A program made the translations under genes and the position numbers. 50,946 bases of DNA from Clostridiales bacterium (GTDB lineage Bacteria > Bacillota > Clostridia > Christensenellales > UBA1242): positions 62,001-112,946 of the forward strand of contig SVIS01000003.1 of assembly GCA_015069385.1 (NCBI GenBank), in the 5' to 3' direction. Below, in pieces: positions 9,227 through 19,455 of the stretch. The notes beneath the pieces are model-generated. The model saw nothing but the letters and a program-made list of their open reading frames with translations. It did no database searches and was not told the DNA's origin. How positions within the stretch are numbered: the first letter of the stretch is position 1; every line of letters begins with the position of its first letter.

Positions 9227-9357
9227 TGATATTGTCATTGTGATAATATCATTAAGAAAATATTTTGTCAAGTATTTTTTCGAAAATTATTGACTTATTT
9301 TTATCAAAATGATAATATCAAAACGAAATCCAATAAAATATGTTTAGATATTGTCAA
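9227..9357. promoter_or_regulatory. Bidirectional control region with a repeated palindromic motif (TGATATTGTCA / TGATAATATCA), candidate NrtR-type operators
   Basis: A near-palindrome 'TGATATTGTCAttgTGATAATATCA' lies at 9227-9251. 'TGATAATATCA' recurs at 9310-9320 and 'GATATTGTCA' at 9347-9356. They sit between the divergent pncA operon and the PRTase-nadE-ARH-NrtR-like operon. Confidence 0.4.
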
Positions 9358-9394
9358 AAATTAAACAATATATATAAAGGAGTTCTATACAAAA

Positions 9395-10206
9395 TGTATA
9401 TAAATAACAAACCATTCACAGCAAGACGTTTTTCTAGCGGAGAGTTAAAACTACTTCACCAAGACTTACAAGGTTATGTAAAAAACAATAAGGTAAATAT
9501 TGTATATAATAATGATGAATTAAGTTTATTTGAACTAATGATTATTATTAATTATTATACTAGTAAAAATATAATAGTAGATTTAACTTTATCTTATTTA
9601 CCTTACCAACGAATGAATCATGATAATGGTTATGAGGTCGAAACTTTAAAACATATTGCAAACATTTTTAATAATTTAAAGTTAAATAGCCTAAAGGTTG
9701 GCGAGCCACACTGCAAATTAAACTATTTTAATAATGCACAAAAAATTAACATTATTGAAAAGTTATTTAAAAAAGTATGCAAAGAAATTAACTTTAATTT
9801 AAATTCAGACATTTTATTTTTCACCGATAAAGGCAGTCGAGAAAAGTTTGGACATTTAAGCACTAACTCTGTATATTCAGAAAAAGTAAGAGATAAAAAA
9901 ACTGGACTTATTGCCCAGTACAACTTAGTTGGCGAACTTAAAAATGCAAATAAAATTTTAATAGTTGACGACATAATTTCTTCAGGTGACACCATATGCG
10001 AGGCAATAAAACAGATAAAGAAAAACTTTAAAACATCTGCTCTGCCAGAAATATTTATTTTAAGCGCACACTACGAAAACAACAAATATAATAAAAGATT
10101 ACTTGAAAATAAATATGTTAAAAAAATTTTTAGTTGTAATACCTTAAGAAAAACAGAGGCAACAAAATTAAAACTATATGATTTTTATAAATTAGTGGAG
10201 GAATAA
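9395..10206 (+). CDS. Phosphoribosyltransferase-domain protein (type I PRTase C-terminal domain; N-terminal domain unknown)
   Basis: PRPP-binding motif 'ILIVDDIISSGDTICEAI'. The start is taken at the ATG at 9395 after the RBS 'aaggag'. The track start at 9340 overlaps the operator motif. Confidence 0.5.
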
Positions 10207-10210
10207 AAAC

Positions 10211-10975
10211 ATGACAAAACAAAACGTACAACAAATAATTGATTGGATTAAAGAATATTTTAATAAAAATAGTTTTGCTAAAGGTGTTGTGCTTGGCATG
10301 AGTGGCGGTAAAGATAGTTTGGTTGTTGCTAAACTTTGCACTCTTGCACTTGGCAAAGAAAAAGTTTTTGGCGTAATTATGCCAAACGGCAAAATGAAAG
10401 ATATTAACGATGCCATTGTAACCTGCCAACTTCTTGGCATAGATTATGACATTGTTGATATTGAATCCTCATATAACGATATTATTACAAAAACAAAAGA
10501 AATTTTAGAAAAACGTGGTAAAACTTTAACCGATGTTTCTACAATAAACACAGCGCCAAGGCTACGCATGACAACTTTGTATGCAGTGGCTGGAAGCATG
10601 GGCTATTTAGTTGCAAACACATCTAACTTAAGCGAGCGCATGGTTGGCTATAGCACAAAATGGGGTGACAGCGTTGGCGACTTTGCTCCAATTGCCAACT
10701 TTACTAAAAACGAAGTATGCGAAATAGGCTTGCTTTTAGGCTTGCCGGTAAATCTTGTAACCAAAACGCCAAGCGATGGGCTTTCTGGCAAAAGTGATGA
10801 GGACAAATTAGGCATAACCTATGACTCACTAGATAACATAATTAGAACGGGCACAAAAAATAATGATTACGAAAAAATTTTGCGCATGTATAAAAACTCT
10901 ACCCATAAGCGTGGTAGCATTCCTGCCCCAAGCAGCAATATGAATAATTTTTTGGAGGAATTGACTCGTGAATAA
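10211..10975 (+). CDS. nadE: NH3-dependent NAD+ synthetase
   Basis: PP-loop 'GMSGGKDSLVV'. Length 254 aa. Confidence 0.85.
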   Translation: MTKQNVQQIIDWIKEYFNKNSFAKGVVLGMSGGKDSLVVAKLCTLALGKEKVFGVIMPNGKMKDINDAIVTCQLLGIDYDIVDIESSYNDIITKTKEILEKRGKTLTDVSTINTAPRLRMTTLYAVAGSMGYLVANTSNLSERMVGYSTKWGDSVGDFAPIANFTKNEVCEIGLLLGLPVNLVTKTPSDGLSGKSDEDKLGITYDSLDNIIRTGTKNNDYEKILRMYKNSTHKRGSIPAPSSNMNNFLEELTRE

Positions 10976-11822
10976 ATATAGCATTTATGGAGCAATTATT
11001 GGCGATGTTGCCGGCTCACACCTAGAAGTTTTAGAAATGAAAGAAAAAGAAAATGGCTACAAAGTAAGTAGCCAAAAAAGAGAAAAGGTTTTAGACCCAA
11101 ACACTATCCTTTTTACTGATGATTGCTCATTAACAGATGATAGCATATTAACAGTTGCACTTGCCGATGCCCTGTTAAATAACAAAGATTATTGTAAATA
11201 TTTAAAAGAATATGGAAAACAAGAAATTGACCTTGGTAAAGACAAATACGGCAGAAGTCGTTTTGGAAAATGTTTTTGCGAGTGGCTTAACGGTGATTTT
11301 ATAGGAAATAGTTTTGGTAATGGTTGCGCAATGAGAATATCCCCCATTGCTTATGCTTTCTCTAGCCTAGAGGAAACATTAAAAGAATGTAATAAAGCAA
11401 CAATATGCACGCATAATCATGAGGATTCTTTAAAATGTGCTAGAGCAGTTTGTGGAGCCATTTATTTGGCACGAACAAACAAAAGTAAAGAAGAAATTAA
11501 AAATTTTGTAGAAAAAGAACTAGACATTAAGTTAAATTTTGATTTAAAATATTTAAGAGATAATTACATATTTACATCAAAAGCAATTAATTCTGTTCCT
11601 CAAGCAATTTATTGCTTTTTGGTATCTAACTCGTTCGAAGAAACACTTAGAAATACCCTATCAATTGGTGGCGATGTAGACACAACAGCGGCAATATCAT
11701 GTTCAATTGCATCGGCTTTTTATAATATTCCTCAAAACTTTATAAATAAAGTAAAAGAATATATTAAACCTGAATATTTAAAAATTTTAGAACAATTTTC
11801 TATAACATATTTGGAGGCATAA
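10968..11822 (+). CDS. ADP-ribosylglycohydrolase family protein (ARH/DraG-like)
   Basis: Motifs 'IGDVAGSHLE', 'TDDCSLTDDSI' and 'GGDVDTTAAISCSIASAFY' are typical of ADP-ribosylglycohydrolases. Confidence 0.75.
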   Translation: MNKYSIYGAIIGDVAGSHLEVLEMKEKENGYKVSSQKREKVLDPNTILFTDDCSLTDDSILTVALADALLNNKDYCKYLKEYGKQEIDLGKDKYGRSRFGKCFCEWLNGDFIGNSFGNGCAMRISPIAYAFSSLEETLKECNKATICTHNHEDSLKCARAVCGAIYLARTNKSKEEIKNFVEKELDIKLNFDLKYLRDNYIFTSKAINSVPQAIYCFLVSNSFEETLRNTLSIGGDVDTTAAISCSIASAFYNIPQNFINKVKEYIKPEYLKILEQFSITYLEA

Positions 11823-12677
11823 ATGAAGTTAAGTAGCGAAGATAAAACTTTTTTAGCACTATATTCCGACAGCGAATACGAAAAACCAAGCGTAACCGTT
11901 GATGGTGTTATTTTTAGATTAGTAAATAAAGAAAATGACAATTACCGAAAACTTCCAGAAAAAAAACTGCAAGTGTTTTTATCTAAACGCTCCTACCCTC
12001 CTTATAAAGATTGTTATGGTGTTGTTGGTACTTTTATTGACCTTAAAACCGAACTTACTACTACCATGGAATTATGCATTAAAAACAAAGTTGGATTAGA
12101 AAATTTTTATAGCGAACAACTTTTTACATTTGGTGAAAAATCTCGTGACCCAAGAACACGTGTACTTTCAGTAAGTTATATGATTTTAACTAGTCAAGAA
12201 GAAAAAATTGAAAATGGTGAATGGTTTGATATAAATATTTCAAAAATAACCAATAAAACATCAACATCTATAACTCAAGAAATTAATATATTGCTTTGCA
12301 ACGAAAATAATCAATTTGAAAACAAATTAGAATTAAAAATTGACAAAAAAGGCTTAAAAACAACAAAAACTCTCAATATTCTACAAAATACATTGGCATT
12401 TGACCATATTAACCTTATATATCACGCACTAGAAAGGCTAAAAAACAAATTAGAATATACAGATATAATTTTTAATTTACTGCCTAAAACTTTTACTCTA
12501 ACAGAGTTAAAACAAAGTTATGAAGAAATTTTAAACGAAAAATTGCTCGATGCCAACTTTAGACGTAAAATTGCTAAAATGGTTGTTGCAACCAACGATT
12601 ATGAAGTGGGCAAAGGTCATCGCTCTAGTAAATATTTTGCGCCAAACCCAACATATAGTTTTATTGATATTGATTAA
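11823..12677 (+). CDS. NrtR-like regulator (Nudix-related N-domain plus C-terminal winged-helix domain), candidate repressor of the NAD cluster
   Basis: N-terminal Nudix-like beta-strand 'VTVDGVIFRL' without an intact catalytic Nudix box. The C-terminal 'FTLTELKQSYEEILNEKLLDANFRRKI' resembles the NrtR DNA-binding domain. The genomic context is NAD/ADP-ribose genes. Confidence 0.45.
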   Translation: MKLSSEDKTFLALYSDSEYEKPSVTVDGVIFRLVNKENDNYRKLPEKKLQVFLSKRSYPPYKDCYGVVGTFIDLKTELTTTMELCIKNKVGLENFYSEQLFTFGEKSRDPRTRVLSVSYMILTSQEEKIENGEWFDINISKITNKTSTSITQEINILLCNENNQFENKLELKIDKKGLKTTKTLNILQNTLAFDHINLIYHALERLKNKLEYTDIIFNLLPKTFTLTELKQSYEEILNEKLLDANFRRKIAKMVVATNDYEVGKGHRSSKYFAPNPTYSFIDID

Positions 12678-12705
12678 GATGCTTTAATAAAAGCATCTTT
12701 TTTTA
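12677..12705 (+). terminator. Rho-independent terminator after the NrtR-like gene
   Basis: Hairpin 'aagatgcttt aataa aagcatctt' followed by T7. Confidence 0.65.
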
Positions 12706-12823
12706 AAATGCAAGAATAATACAAACGAAGAAAGTGTTTTCTTTTAAAATTGCCTCTTGAAAAACTTTTATAAGTGTGATAACATAAACTTGAATAAAAT
12801 CAATTTTTAAGGCAGGTATATTT

Positions 12824-14347
12824 ATGGCAAAACAACAAGTATATAAATTAGAAAACGGCTCTACTTTAGTTTATCAAAAACAAAGCGCTTTTAATGGCTA
12901 TTCGTTTGTTATTGGTTTTAGGGGTGGTTCCCAATTAGATGGCAAATATAAAGGTTTAAGCCATCTACTTGAGCATTTGCTTTTTAGAACACCAAACCCA
13001 AAAGCAAACAATATTTTATTAGATAACATTGTTAAATATACAGTAAGCCAAAATGCTACAACAACTCAGAACTCTATTTCAGTGGAGTTTTCAACAGTAT
13101 ATAAAAATGTTGATGCAGCGCTTGATAATTGCATGTCTAATTTGCTTACTAGAAAAAAATTCACAAAAGAACAAATTGCTCGCGAAATAGAAATAGTTAA
13201 ACATGAAATTAATATGGTTAAAGATGAAGAAGACTTAGATATGCCTACTGCGCTAGATTGTTTAATAGAAAATTTAGTAAAAAATCCTAATGATTTTTCT
13301 GATACAGACATTTTGGGAAATAGCCGCACTTTAAACATGGTAACTCCAGAAATTTTAACTAACTACGTAAAAAAATATTTTAATTTAGACAATTTAATTG
13401 TATCGGTTACAACAAATAAGTCAATTGAAGATGTTGTTGAACTTTGCAATAAACATATATACCCTAAACTCAAAAATGCTTCTAGTCCAAAATATATTGT
13501 TCCGGCACCAAAAGAAAAACAATTCCTTGAAAAAAATCTTCTTGTTGCATTACCAGATGATTTAACAAAAAGCCTTTCTATTTGTTTACTTTTGCGCGAG
13601 CGCTCTGGTAAAGCAGAAGACATTAATTTAGAATATGCTTATGATATTATTGAAGAATATTTAATTAATCATATGGGTGGCATGCTTTGGGATTCACTCA
13701 GAATGAAAAATCAATTAGTTTATTTAAGCGCATTATATAATTTAAATTTTGACACAGTTAAATTAAAGGCATTTACTGCACTTACAACTGCTCCAAAAAT
13801 GCGTAAAACAATTTCTGAAATTTGTAAAATTATTCGTGAAATTGGCCTAAATGGTGTACCAAAAGAAAAGTTTGAAATGATTAAAAATGTTTTGTGTGAT
13901 ACAGAATCTGCAAACCTTAACAAATTAAAAAAGACTTCTGCTGCAGGCAACTTCTATAATGTTTTGTTTGAAAAAGAATTTATAGATTATAAAAAAGTAA
14001 ATTCTTACATTCAAAAAATGACATGGGAAGAATTTAACCAACATATAATGCCTATTTATTCTGCAGCAAACGTATCTTGTGCAATTCAAGGCAATTTTGA
14101 TGCTCGAAAATGCTATACATTAATAGAAATTGAAAAAATGCTTGGAAATTATTCACATGTAGAATTTGAAAAACAATTAAATCTTCCTCGCATTGAAGAA
14201 ACTCCTATCGTTCAAGATCCAATGCAAGCTTTTGCAAAAATGCTTGGCGTTGACTCTATTGAATTTGAATATGAAACTGAAAATACTGAAGAAAAAAAAT
14301 CTACCCCCCCCCAAGCAGTCACAATCGACAACGAGGTAATCAAATAA
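12824..14347 (+). CDS. M16-family (pitrilysin/insulinase-like) zinc peptidase
   Basis: Inverted zinc-binding motif HxxEH ('HLLEHLLF'). 507 aa. A C9 homopolymer lies near the 3' end at 14304-14312. Confidence 0.7.
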   Translation: MAKQQVYKLENGSTLVYQKQSAFNGYSFVIGFRGGSQLDGKYKGLSHLLEHLLFRTPNPKANNILLDNIVKYTVSQNATTTQNSISVEFSTVYKNVDAALDNCMSNLLTRKKFTKEQIAREIEIVKHEINMVKDEEDLDMPTALDCLIENLVKNPNDFSDTDILGNSRTLNMVTPEILTNYVKKYFNLDNLIVSVTTNKSIEDVVELCNKHIYPKLKNASSPKYIVPAPKEKQFLEKNLLVALPDDLTKSLSICLLLRERSGKAEDINLEYAYDIIEEYLINHMGGMLWDSLRMKNQLVYLSALYNLNFDTVKLKAFTALTTAPKMRKTISEICKIIREIGLNGVPKEKFEMIKNVLCDTESANLNKLKKTSAAGNFYNVLFEKEFIDYKKVNSYIQKMTWEEFNQHIMPIYSAANVSCAIQGNFDARKCYTLIEIEKMLGNYSHVEFEKQLNLPRIEETPIVQDPMQAFAKMLGVDSIEFEYETENTEEKKSTPPQAVTIDNEVIK

Positions 14348-14358
14348 TTACTATATAC

Positions 14359-14393
14359 AAAAACGCATCGCTAATTAAAGCGATGCGTTTTTA
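14359..14393. terminator. Bidirectional terminator between the M16 peptidase gene and the convergent membrane-protein gene
   Basis: Hairpin 'aaaaacgcatcgct aatt aaagcgatgcgttttt'. Confidence 0.65.
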
Positions 14394-15107
14394 TTACTCT
14401 TCAATATCTTCTACTTCAACGTCCATTTTGTGCATTTTTTTAATATGAAATGTTTTTAAAAAGTTGTTATCAATTTTTTGTGCAATTATTGTAAATATTA
14501 CTCCCACAATTGCTCCACCAAAACCAAAACAAAGGTCAATCATTGTATCAAACAAAGCAGCCTGCCCAATTAAAACTTCGCCAGCATAAGTTACATAACG
14601 TTGATACCCCATATTAAATATCAAATCAAAAACAAACTCACCTATTTCCCAAATAGCACATATTGCCATTGTAAAACTAACCATAAACAAATAAGTAAAT
14701 AATTTATTATGGCGGCTTCTATCTTTTTTATAAACTGTAACATTTAATACATAAATACTCAAAACCGCTACACACATACCCATTAAAAAATGAATAATCA
14801 TATCCCAAAAACTAAGTTTAACATAAAGTTCAAGCACTACTCCTAAAAAACCTGCTAAAAACATATAGGCATAATAAACAATGCCCACTACACATGAAAA
14901 ACTTATTTTAAATAGTTTTTTTACTAAAAATGGCACACAAAGCAGTAAAAGCAATACAAATCTATAAATAAGTTTACTTATAGCCAAGTTTCCTCTTCCA
15001 AACTCAACAATACCAATTATAAGTGAAACTAAAAAGCAAATAAAAACTGAATAAAATATTGTTAAATTTACAAAGTCCCAAAAATGATATCTATGTTTTT
15101 CTTTCAT
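14394..15107 (-). CDS. Integral membrane protein, function unknown
   Basis: 237 aa with about 6 hydrophobic helices and no recognised motif. Confidence 0.4.
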   Translation of the reverse strand: MKEKHRYHFWDFVNLTIFYSVFICFLVSLIIGIVEFGRGNLAISKLIYRFVLLLLLCVPFLVKKLFKISFSCVVGIVYYAYMFLAGFLGVVLELYVKLSFWDMIIHFLMGMCVAVLSIYVLNVTVYKKDRSRHNKLFTYLFMVSFTMAICAIWEIGEFVFDLIFNMGYQRYVTYAGEVLIGQAALFDTMIDLCFGFGGAIVGVIFTIIAQKIDNNFLKTFHIKKMHKMDVEVEDIEE

Positions 15108-15176
15108 AACACCTCTTTATTTTTTGAATTTTAGCATACTTCGGGCAATTTTGACAAACAAAACATATAATGAAGT

Positions 15177-15677
15177 ATGTTAAAAGTAAATAAATATAAT
15201 CGAAATTTAGCAGTTGACTATGCAATAAAGTATGCCCTTGTACGCAATAATAAATATTTTGATTACACAAATATTGGTGGCAACTGCACAAACTATATCT
15301 CTCAGTGCCTATTTGCCGGTGCCCCACAAATGAATTTTTCTAGCAATGGCTGGTTTTATATTTCACCTGCAAACACTTCGATTTCTTGGGCAAATGTTGA
15401 GCCATTTTATAACTTTATTACTACAAATACAGGCATTGGAATTTTTGCAAAAGAGAGTCCTTTATCTATGTGCGAAGCAGGTGATGTTATTCAATTAAAA
15501 TTTAAGAATAAAAACATATTTTCGCATGCTTTGCTTGTAACAAAAATAAATGCTCCTAATCCAAAAGATATAATTGTTTGCGCAAACACTCGAGATATTA
15601 AAAATGTGCCGTTATCGTATTATACGTACGAAAAAATGCGACTTATACATATTTTAGGTTTTAGAACCGAAATTTAA
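15177..15677 (+). CDS. Putative amidase-domain protein (Amidase_6-like)
   Basis: 'AVDYAIKYAL...YTNIGGNCTNYISQCLFAGAP...NGWFY' resembles the 'putative amidase domain' signature with its conserved Cys. Confidence 0.5.
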   Translation: MLKVNKYNRNLAVDYAIKYALVRNNKYFDYTNIGGNCTNYISQCLFAGAPQMNFSSNGWFYISPANTSISWANVEPFYNFITTNTGIGIFAKESPLSMCEAGDVIQLKFKNKNIFSHALLVTKINAPNPKDIIVCANTRDIKNVPLSYYTYEKMRLIHILGFRTEI

Positions 15678-15730
15678 CTTGAAAAATGCATAAACTTTTG
15701 ATACACTGAAAAAAAAGGAGTATTTAAATT

Positions 15731-16063
15731 ATGGAAACAAAAACTGCTCACGGAATAGTAGATGCTCTTGCCATCTCGGGCGAGGTTTTAATTCCTCTAG
15801 TAATATTAAAATCTAATCAAGAAAATTCTCAAAATTTTTTAGGATTTATTCCTGGATTTACTATGAAAACTATAGTCGAATCTTCAGAAGATATATGTAA
15901 AGAGAAATTAAAAAAATATTTAGTATCTAAGTTAAAAACAATGAAGGAACTTGGTGAACCTTTTCCATTCTTTCCTACTCGTGCCGAAATAATGTCTGAA
16001 TATGACAATGTTAAGTGCATTGAATTTGTAAAGGTTAAATCAGAACAAAGAAAAGATCAATAA
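15731..16063 (+). CDS. Hypothetical small protein
   Basis: 110-aa ORF with the RBS 'aaaaggag' and a terminator hairpin at 16070-16095. Confidence 0.3.
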   Translation: METKTAHGIVDALAISGEVLIPLVILKSNQENSQNFLGFIPGFTMKTIVESSEDICKEKLKKYLVSKLKTMKELGEPFPFFPTRAEIMSEYDNVKCIEFVKVKSEQRKDQ

Positions 16064-16097
16064 TTAAAAAAAATCACTTTTTAAAGTGATTTTTTAT

Positions 16098-17216
16098 TTA
16101 ATTTTTTAGCAAAATTAATGGCACAAGCATTTCATCTGTAAGCGAAGTATGATGCCCTTTAAAACGTATATCATCTGCATAAAATACTGCTTGTTTATAT
16201 GTATGAGTATTTACAGCAATAAAATCACCTAAAAGTTCCGCCTTATTGCCAAACTCTCCAAAAACTCCCTTTTGCAAAAGGTCTGAAGTTTTAAACAATA
16301 TAAAATCTTCACTATAAGTATTTTTAAAATGCTCTTCAAATTGTTGCATATATTCTTTTTTTACTTTAAATGATGGCGCACGGGATTCCATATATGGTGG
16401 AGTTTCTAAATATGAATACATTTTTTCATCTTTGTAAAAATCCACATAACCATTTATATCTACTTGCCCGTGGTCGGCTGTTATAATAAATAAAGTATCT
16501 TTTGTCTGTTTATACAAATTTTTTATATTACTAGAAATGCTAGTAATTACTTGCTTTGTTTTCTGACTTGTTACACCAAAGTCATGCATAGTATGGTCTG
16601 GTTCATCAAAGTATGCATAAACAAATTGCTTACCTGGTTTATTGCATACATACCATAACTTACAGCACAAATCTTCCTCATCAGAAATTGTTAAATTACG
16701 TTCATTATGCTTTACTGCCACATATGGCGGAAAGATAGTATTAATTTCGTAATCGGAATTAGCATTATCAAAATAATAATCTATTTCTGCAAGCGGAGAA
16801 TCTGTTATTTTTACTTTTTGATGAGTTTTTGCATCAGTATTTAAAAATATTTCAATATTTTTACCTATGTCTTCAAAATACATACTCCAACCAAACCAAC
16901 CATGCTCTAGTGGATATTTATTTAACAGCAAAGAGGTTGTTGCGTTAGTAGTTGTTGATGGAAAAGTTGAAGTCAATGTTTGCACAATATTTTTTCTTAA
17001 AAAGTCGTTTGGTTTTAAATTTTTTTCAATTGGGTTTATACCTAAGCCATCAAAACAAATAAACACAACATTTTTATAATTTTTAGCGAGTTCCTCTTTT
17101 AATATCGAAAGTGTGGGCTTATTGTTTGGAGCACCTAAAAACTCGGCAAGTGTTGCCGATATATTTAAATTACAGTTTTTAAAGTCTGGAAAAATCAATT
17201 TTTTATCTTTATTCAT
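16098..17216 (-). CDS. Alkaline-phosphatase-superfamily protein (nucleotide pyrophosphatase/phosphodiesterase-like)
   Basis: 'FICFDGLG' and 'IITADHGQ' resemble the metal-ligand segments of type I phosphodiesterase/NPP-family enzymes. Confidence 0.5.
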   Translation of the reverse strand: MNKDKKLIFPDFKNCNLNISATLAEFLGAPNNKPTLSILKEELAKNYKNVVFICFDGLGINPIEKNLKPNDFLRKNIVQTLTSTFPSTTTNATTSLLLNKYPLEHGWFGWSMYFEDIGKNIEIFLNTDAKTHQKVKITDSPLAEIDYYFDNANSDYEINTIFPPYVAVKHNERNLTISDEEDLCCKLWYVCNKPGKQFVYAYFDEPDHTMHDFGVTSQKTKQVITSISSNIKNLYKQTKDTLFIITADHGQVDINGYVDFYKDEKMYSYLETPPYMESRAPSFKVKKEYMQQFEEHFKNTYSEDFILFKTSDLLQKGVFGEFGNKAELLGDFIAVNTHTYKQAVFYADDIRFKGHHTSLTDEMLVPLILLKN

Positions 17217-17260
17217 AATTACACCTATAAAACAAAAAGCACTAAATGTGCTTTTATTTT

Positions 17261-18136
17261 TTAATCTAAATAATTGTTAATACAAGTAGCCACTGCTAAA
17301 GCGCCAGCACCAATATGGCAAGAAACACTAAGCGATAGAGGATCAACAAACCTAAATTTTACATTAGGAAGTTTAGCCATAATTTCCTCTTTAAATTTTA
17401 ATGCCTCTTCTTCGTTTTGGGTGTGAGCAACCGAGATTGTCATTTTACCCGCCTCGTATTCTTGTTTAAATGTTGTTTCTAAATCTTGTTTTATTTTCAT
17501 TATCATTTTTGTTTTTGCTTGATTCATCGCTAGTGCTATACCATACTTTTCAAATTTTAAACCATTACTATAAAGTATTGGTTTAACTTTTAAAATGTCT
17601 CCAAGCATAGCAGCGGCAGGAGATATTCTTCCACCTTTCTTTAAATATTTTAGCACTGCTGGCACAATATAAATTGACATTTTATCTTTTGTACTTTCTA
17701 AATATTCTTTAATTTCAGCAGCAGTTTTACCTTGTTTTGCAAGCGCAAGTGCTTCAAAAACACTTTCTTTTTGAGTTACTGAAATTCTTAAATTATCTAC
17801 AACAAAAACCTTTCCATTAAAATTCTCTGCTAGTTTTTGAGCATTTTCACATGTTTTACTAAGCCCACTAGACATTGGAATATATAAAAGTTCATCATAA
17901 TCTTTTAAAAGTTCAGTCCATAATTCTTCTAAATAATATTGTGAAGGTTGAGAAGTTGTAACCTCAGCACCTTTTGCAAGATGTTCAAAAAATTGTTCTT
18001 GTGACATTGTAATTTCTTCAAAATACTCTTCACCATTAATAGTAAAAGGCATTGGAATTACAAATAAATCTAATTGTTTGCCTTCTTCTTGTAAAATTCC
18101 AGAGTTAGAATCTGTAATGATTTTTATTTTACTCAT
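17261..18136 (-). CDS. DegV-family fatty-acid-binding protein
   Basis: N-terminus 'IKIITDSNSGI' and overall DegV pattern. 291 aa. Confidence 0.8.
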   Translation of the reverse strand: MSKIKIITDSNSGILQEEGKQLDLFVIPMPFTINGEEYFEEITMSQEQFFEHLAKGAEVTTSQPSQYYLEELWTELLKDYDELLYIPMSSGLSKTCENAQKLAENFNGKVFVVDNLRISVTQKESVFEALALAKQGKTAAEIKEYLESTKDKMSIYIVPAVLKYLKKGGRISPAAAMLGDILKVKPILYSNGLKFEKYGIALAMNQAKTKMIMKIKQDLETTFKQEYEAGKMTISVAHTQNEEEALKFKEEIMAKLPNVKFRFVDPLSLSVSCHIGAGALAVATCINNYLD

Positions 18137-18282
18137 TTGTTATCTCCCCATATGGTAGTATATTATAAAAATATGTAAACATTCCTTTTTATTGCTACAT
18201 ATTTACATATTATAACAAAATAGTCTATTATTTTCAATATAAATTCTAAATAAAATAAAAATAATGTCCATATAAGTGGACA

Positions 18283-19455
18283 TTATTTGCTATTTTTTTT
18301 ATCTATAAGTTCATTAAACAATGTTTGATATTTAAGTGCTACTTGTTTCCAACTTTCACCAAATATTGTATTTATATTTTCACAAACTTTATTATATAAT
18401 TCTTTGTTATGTAAAACTTCGTAAATTCTATCTCCATATTCTTCAATAGTATAATTAGATAAAAATCCATTTTGGTTGTCAGTTATTCTTTCACTTGAAC
18501 CTGTACCTTTAATCACAACGCTTGGCGTTCCAACTTGCGCAGCTTCTAAAATAACTAAAGCGTCATTATCAAAAGTAGATGGCAACAAGAATAAATGTGA
18601 TTGGCTATAATGTTTAGCCAAAATATTTTTATCACCAATATAGCCCAAAAACTCAACATTATTTTGTAAATTTAATTTTTTTGTTAATTTTTTAAGAGTT
18701 TTTTCGTATTTTCCTGAACCTACAATTGAAAATTTAAAATTACTGAAGTTTTTTGTATTTTTTAAATATGCAAGACTTCTTAACGAAAATTGAATATTTT
18801 TAACTTTAATTACATGCCCTACAAAGAACAAATTAAAAACATCACTTTGCTCTTTATCTTGAAGTTTAGGTGCAGTTTTGTCAAAATAATCAACACCATT
18901 TTTAATAATCTTGTAATCTTTTTTAAAACCTTCACCTTTAAGTTGAAGCCCAAGGTCATTCGAAACACAAACAATTTCATCGGTACGATTTAATTTTTTA
19001 ACTAAAGAGTTTAAAAGCATTTTTGTAATTATTTTACTATGGCATGAGTCATAAAAAGCATCTTTAAATTTAGTATGCATAGTTGCTATACAAGGAATAT
19101 TTAGTTTTTTTGCTGCCCTTAACGCCATTCTTGCCATTCCGTTTGCAGTGCAATAATATATAATATCAGGAGCAAATTCTTTTACAATTTTAAATATTCT
19201 ATTAAAATCACAAAATGAGAAAACCATTTTGTCGCTTTTAGATAAACTTAAACTTTTTACCCTATGTACAGGAAATTCAGTAAATGTTTGCTCCCTATGG
19301 TAATCTGGCGCAAATAAAATTACTTCATTTCCAAGTTCAATTAAACTTTTACATAAGTTATATGTGGCGAGTTCTGTTCCGCCTCTTACCGGTAAAAAAC
19401 TATCAGTAAAAACTGCTATTTTTAAATTTTTCATATGTTCCTCACTTTTTTGCAC
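18283..19455 (-). CDS. Glycosyltransferase family 4 (GT-B fold)
   Basis: 'KIAVFTDSFLPVRGGTELATYNL' N-terminus and a C-terminal EX7E-type region. A terminator hairpin lies at about 18250-18282. Confidence 0.75.
   Translation of the reverse strand: MQKSEEHMKNLKIAVFTDSFLPVRGGTELATYNLCKSLIELGNEVILFAPDYHREQTFTEFPVHRVKSLSLSKSDKMVFSFCDFNRIFKIVKEFAPDIIYYCTANGMARMALRAAKKLNIPCIATMHTKFKDAFYDSCHSKIITKMLLNSLVKKLNRTDEIVCVSNDLGLQLKGEGFKKDYKIIKNGVDYFDKTAPKLQDKEQSDVFNLFFVGHVIKVKNIQFSLRSLAYLKNTKNFSNFKFSIVGSGKYEKTLKKLTKKLNLQNNVEFLGYIGDKNILAKHYSQSHLFLLPSTFDNDALVILEAAQVGTPSVVIKGTGSSERITDNQNGFLSNYTIEEYGDRIYEVLHNKELYNKVCENINTIFGESWKQVALKYQTLFNELIDKKNSK

Noticed and set aside
9197-9271. N-terminal 25-codon extension of the pncA ORF
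   Set aside because: It would place coding sequence over the palindromic operator motifs. The internal ATG at 9196 has a consensus RBS.
15140-15180. Possible leaderless promoter (TATAAT 5 nt before the amidase-domain ATG)
   Set aside because: The spacing to the TTGACA-like hexamer is only 9 bp. A weak SD 'gaagt' is an equally good explanation, so the evidence is insufficient.
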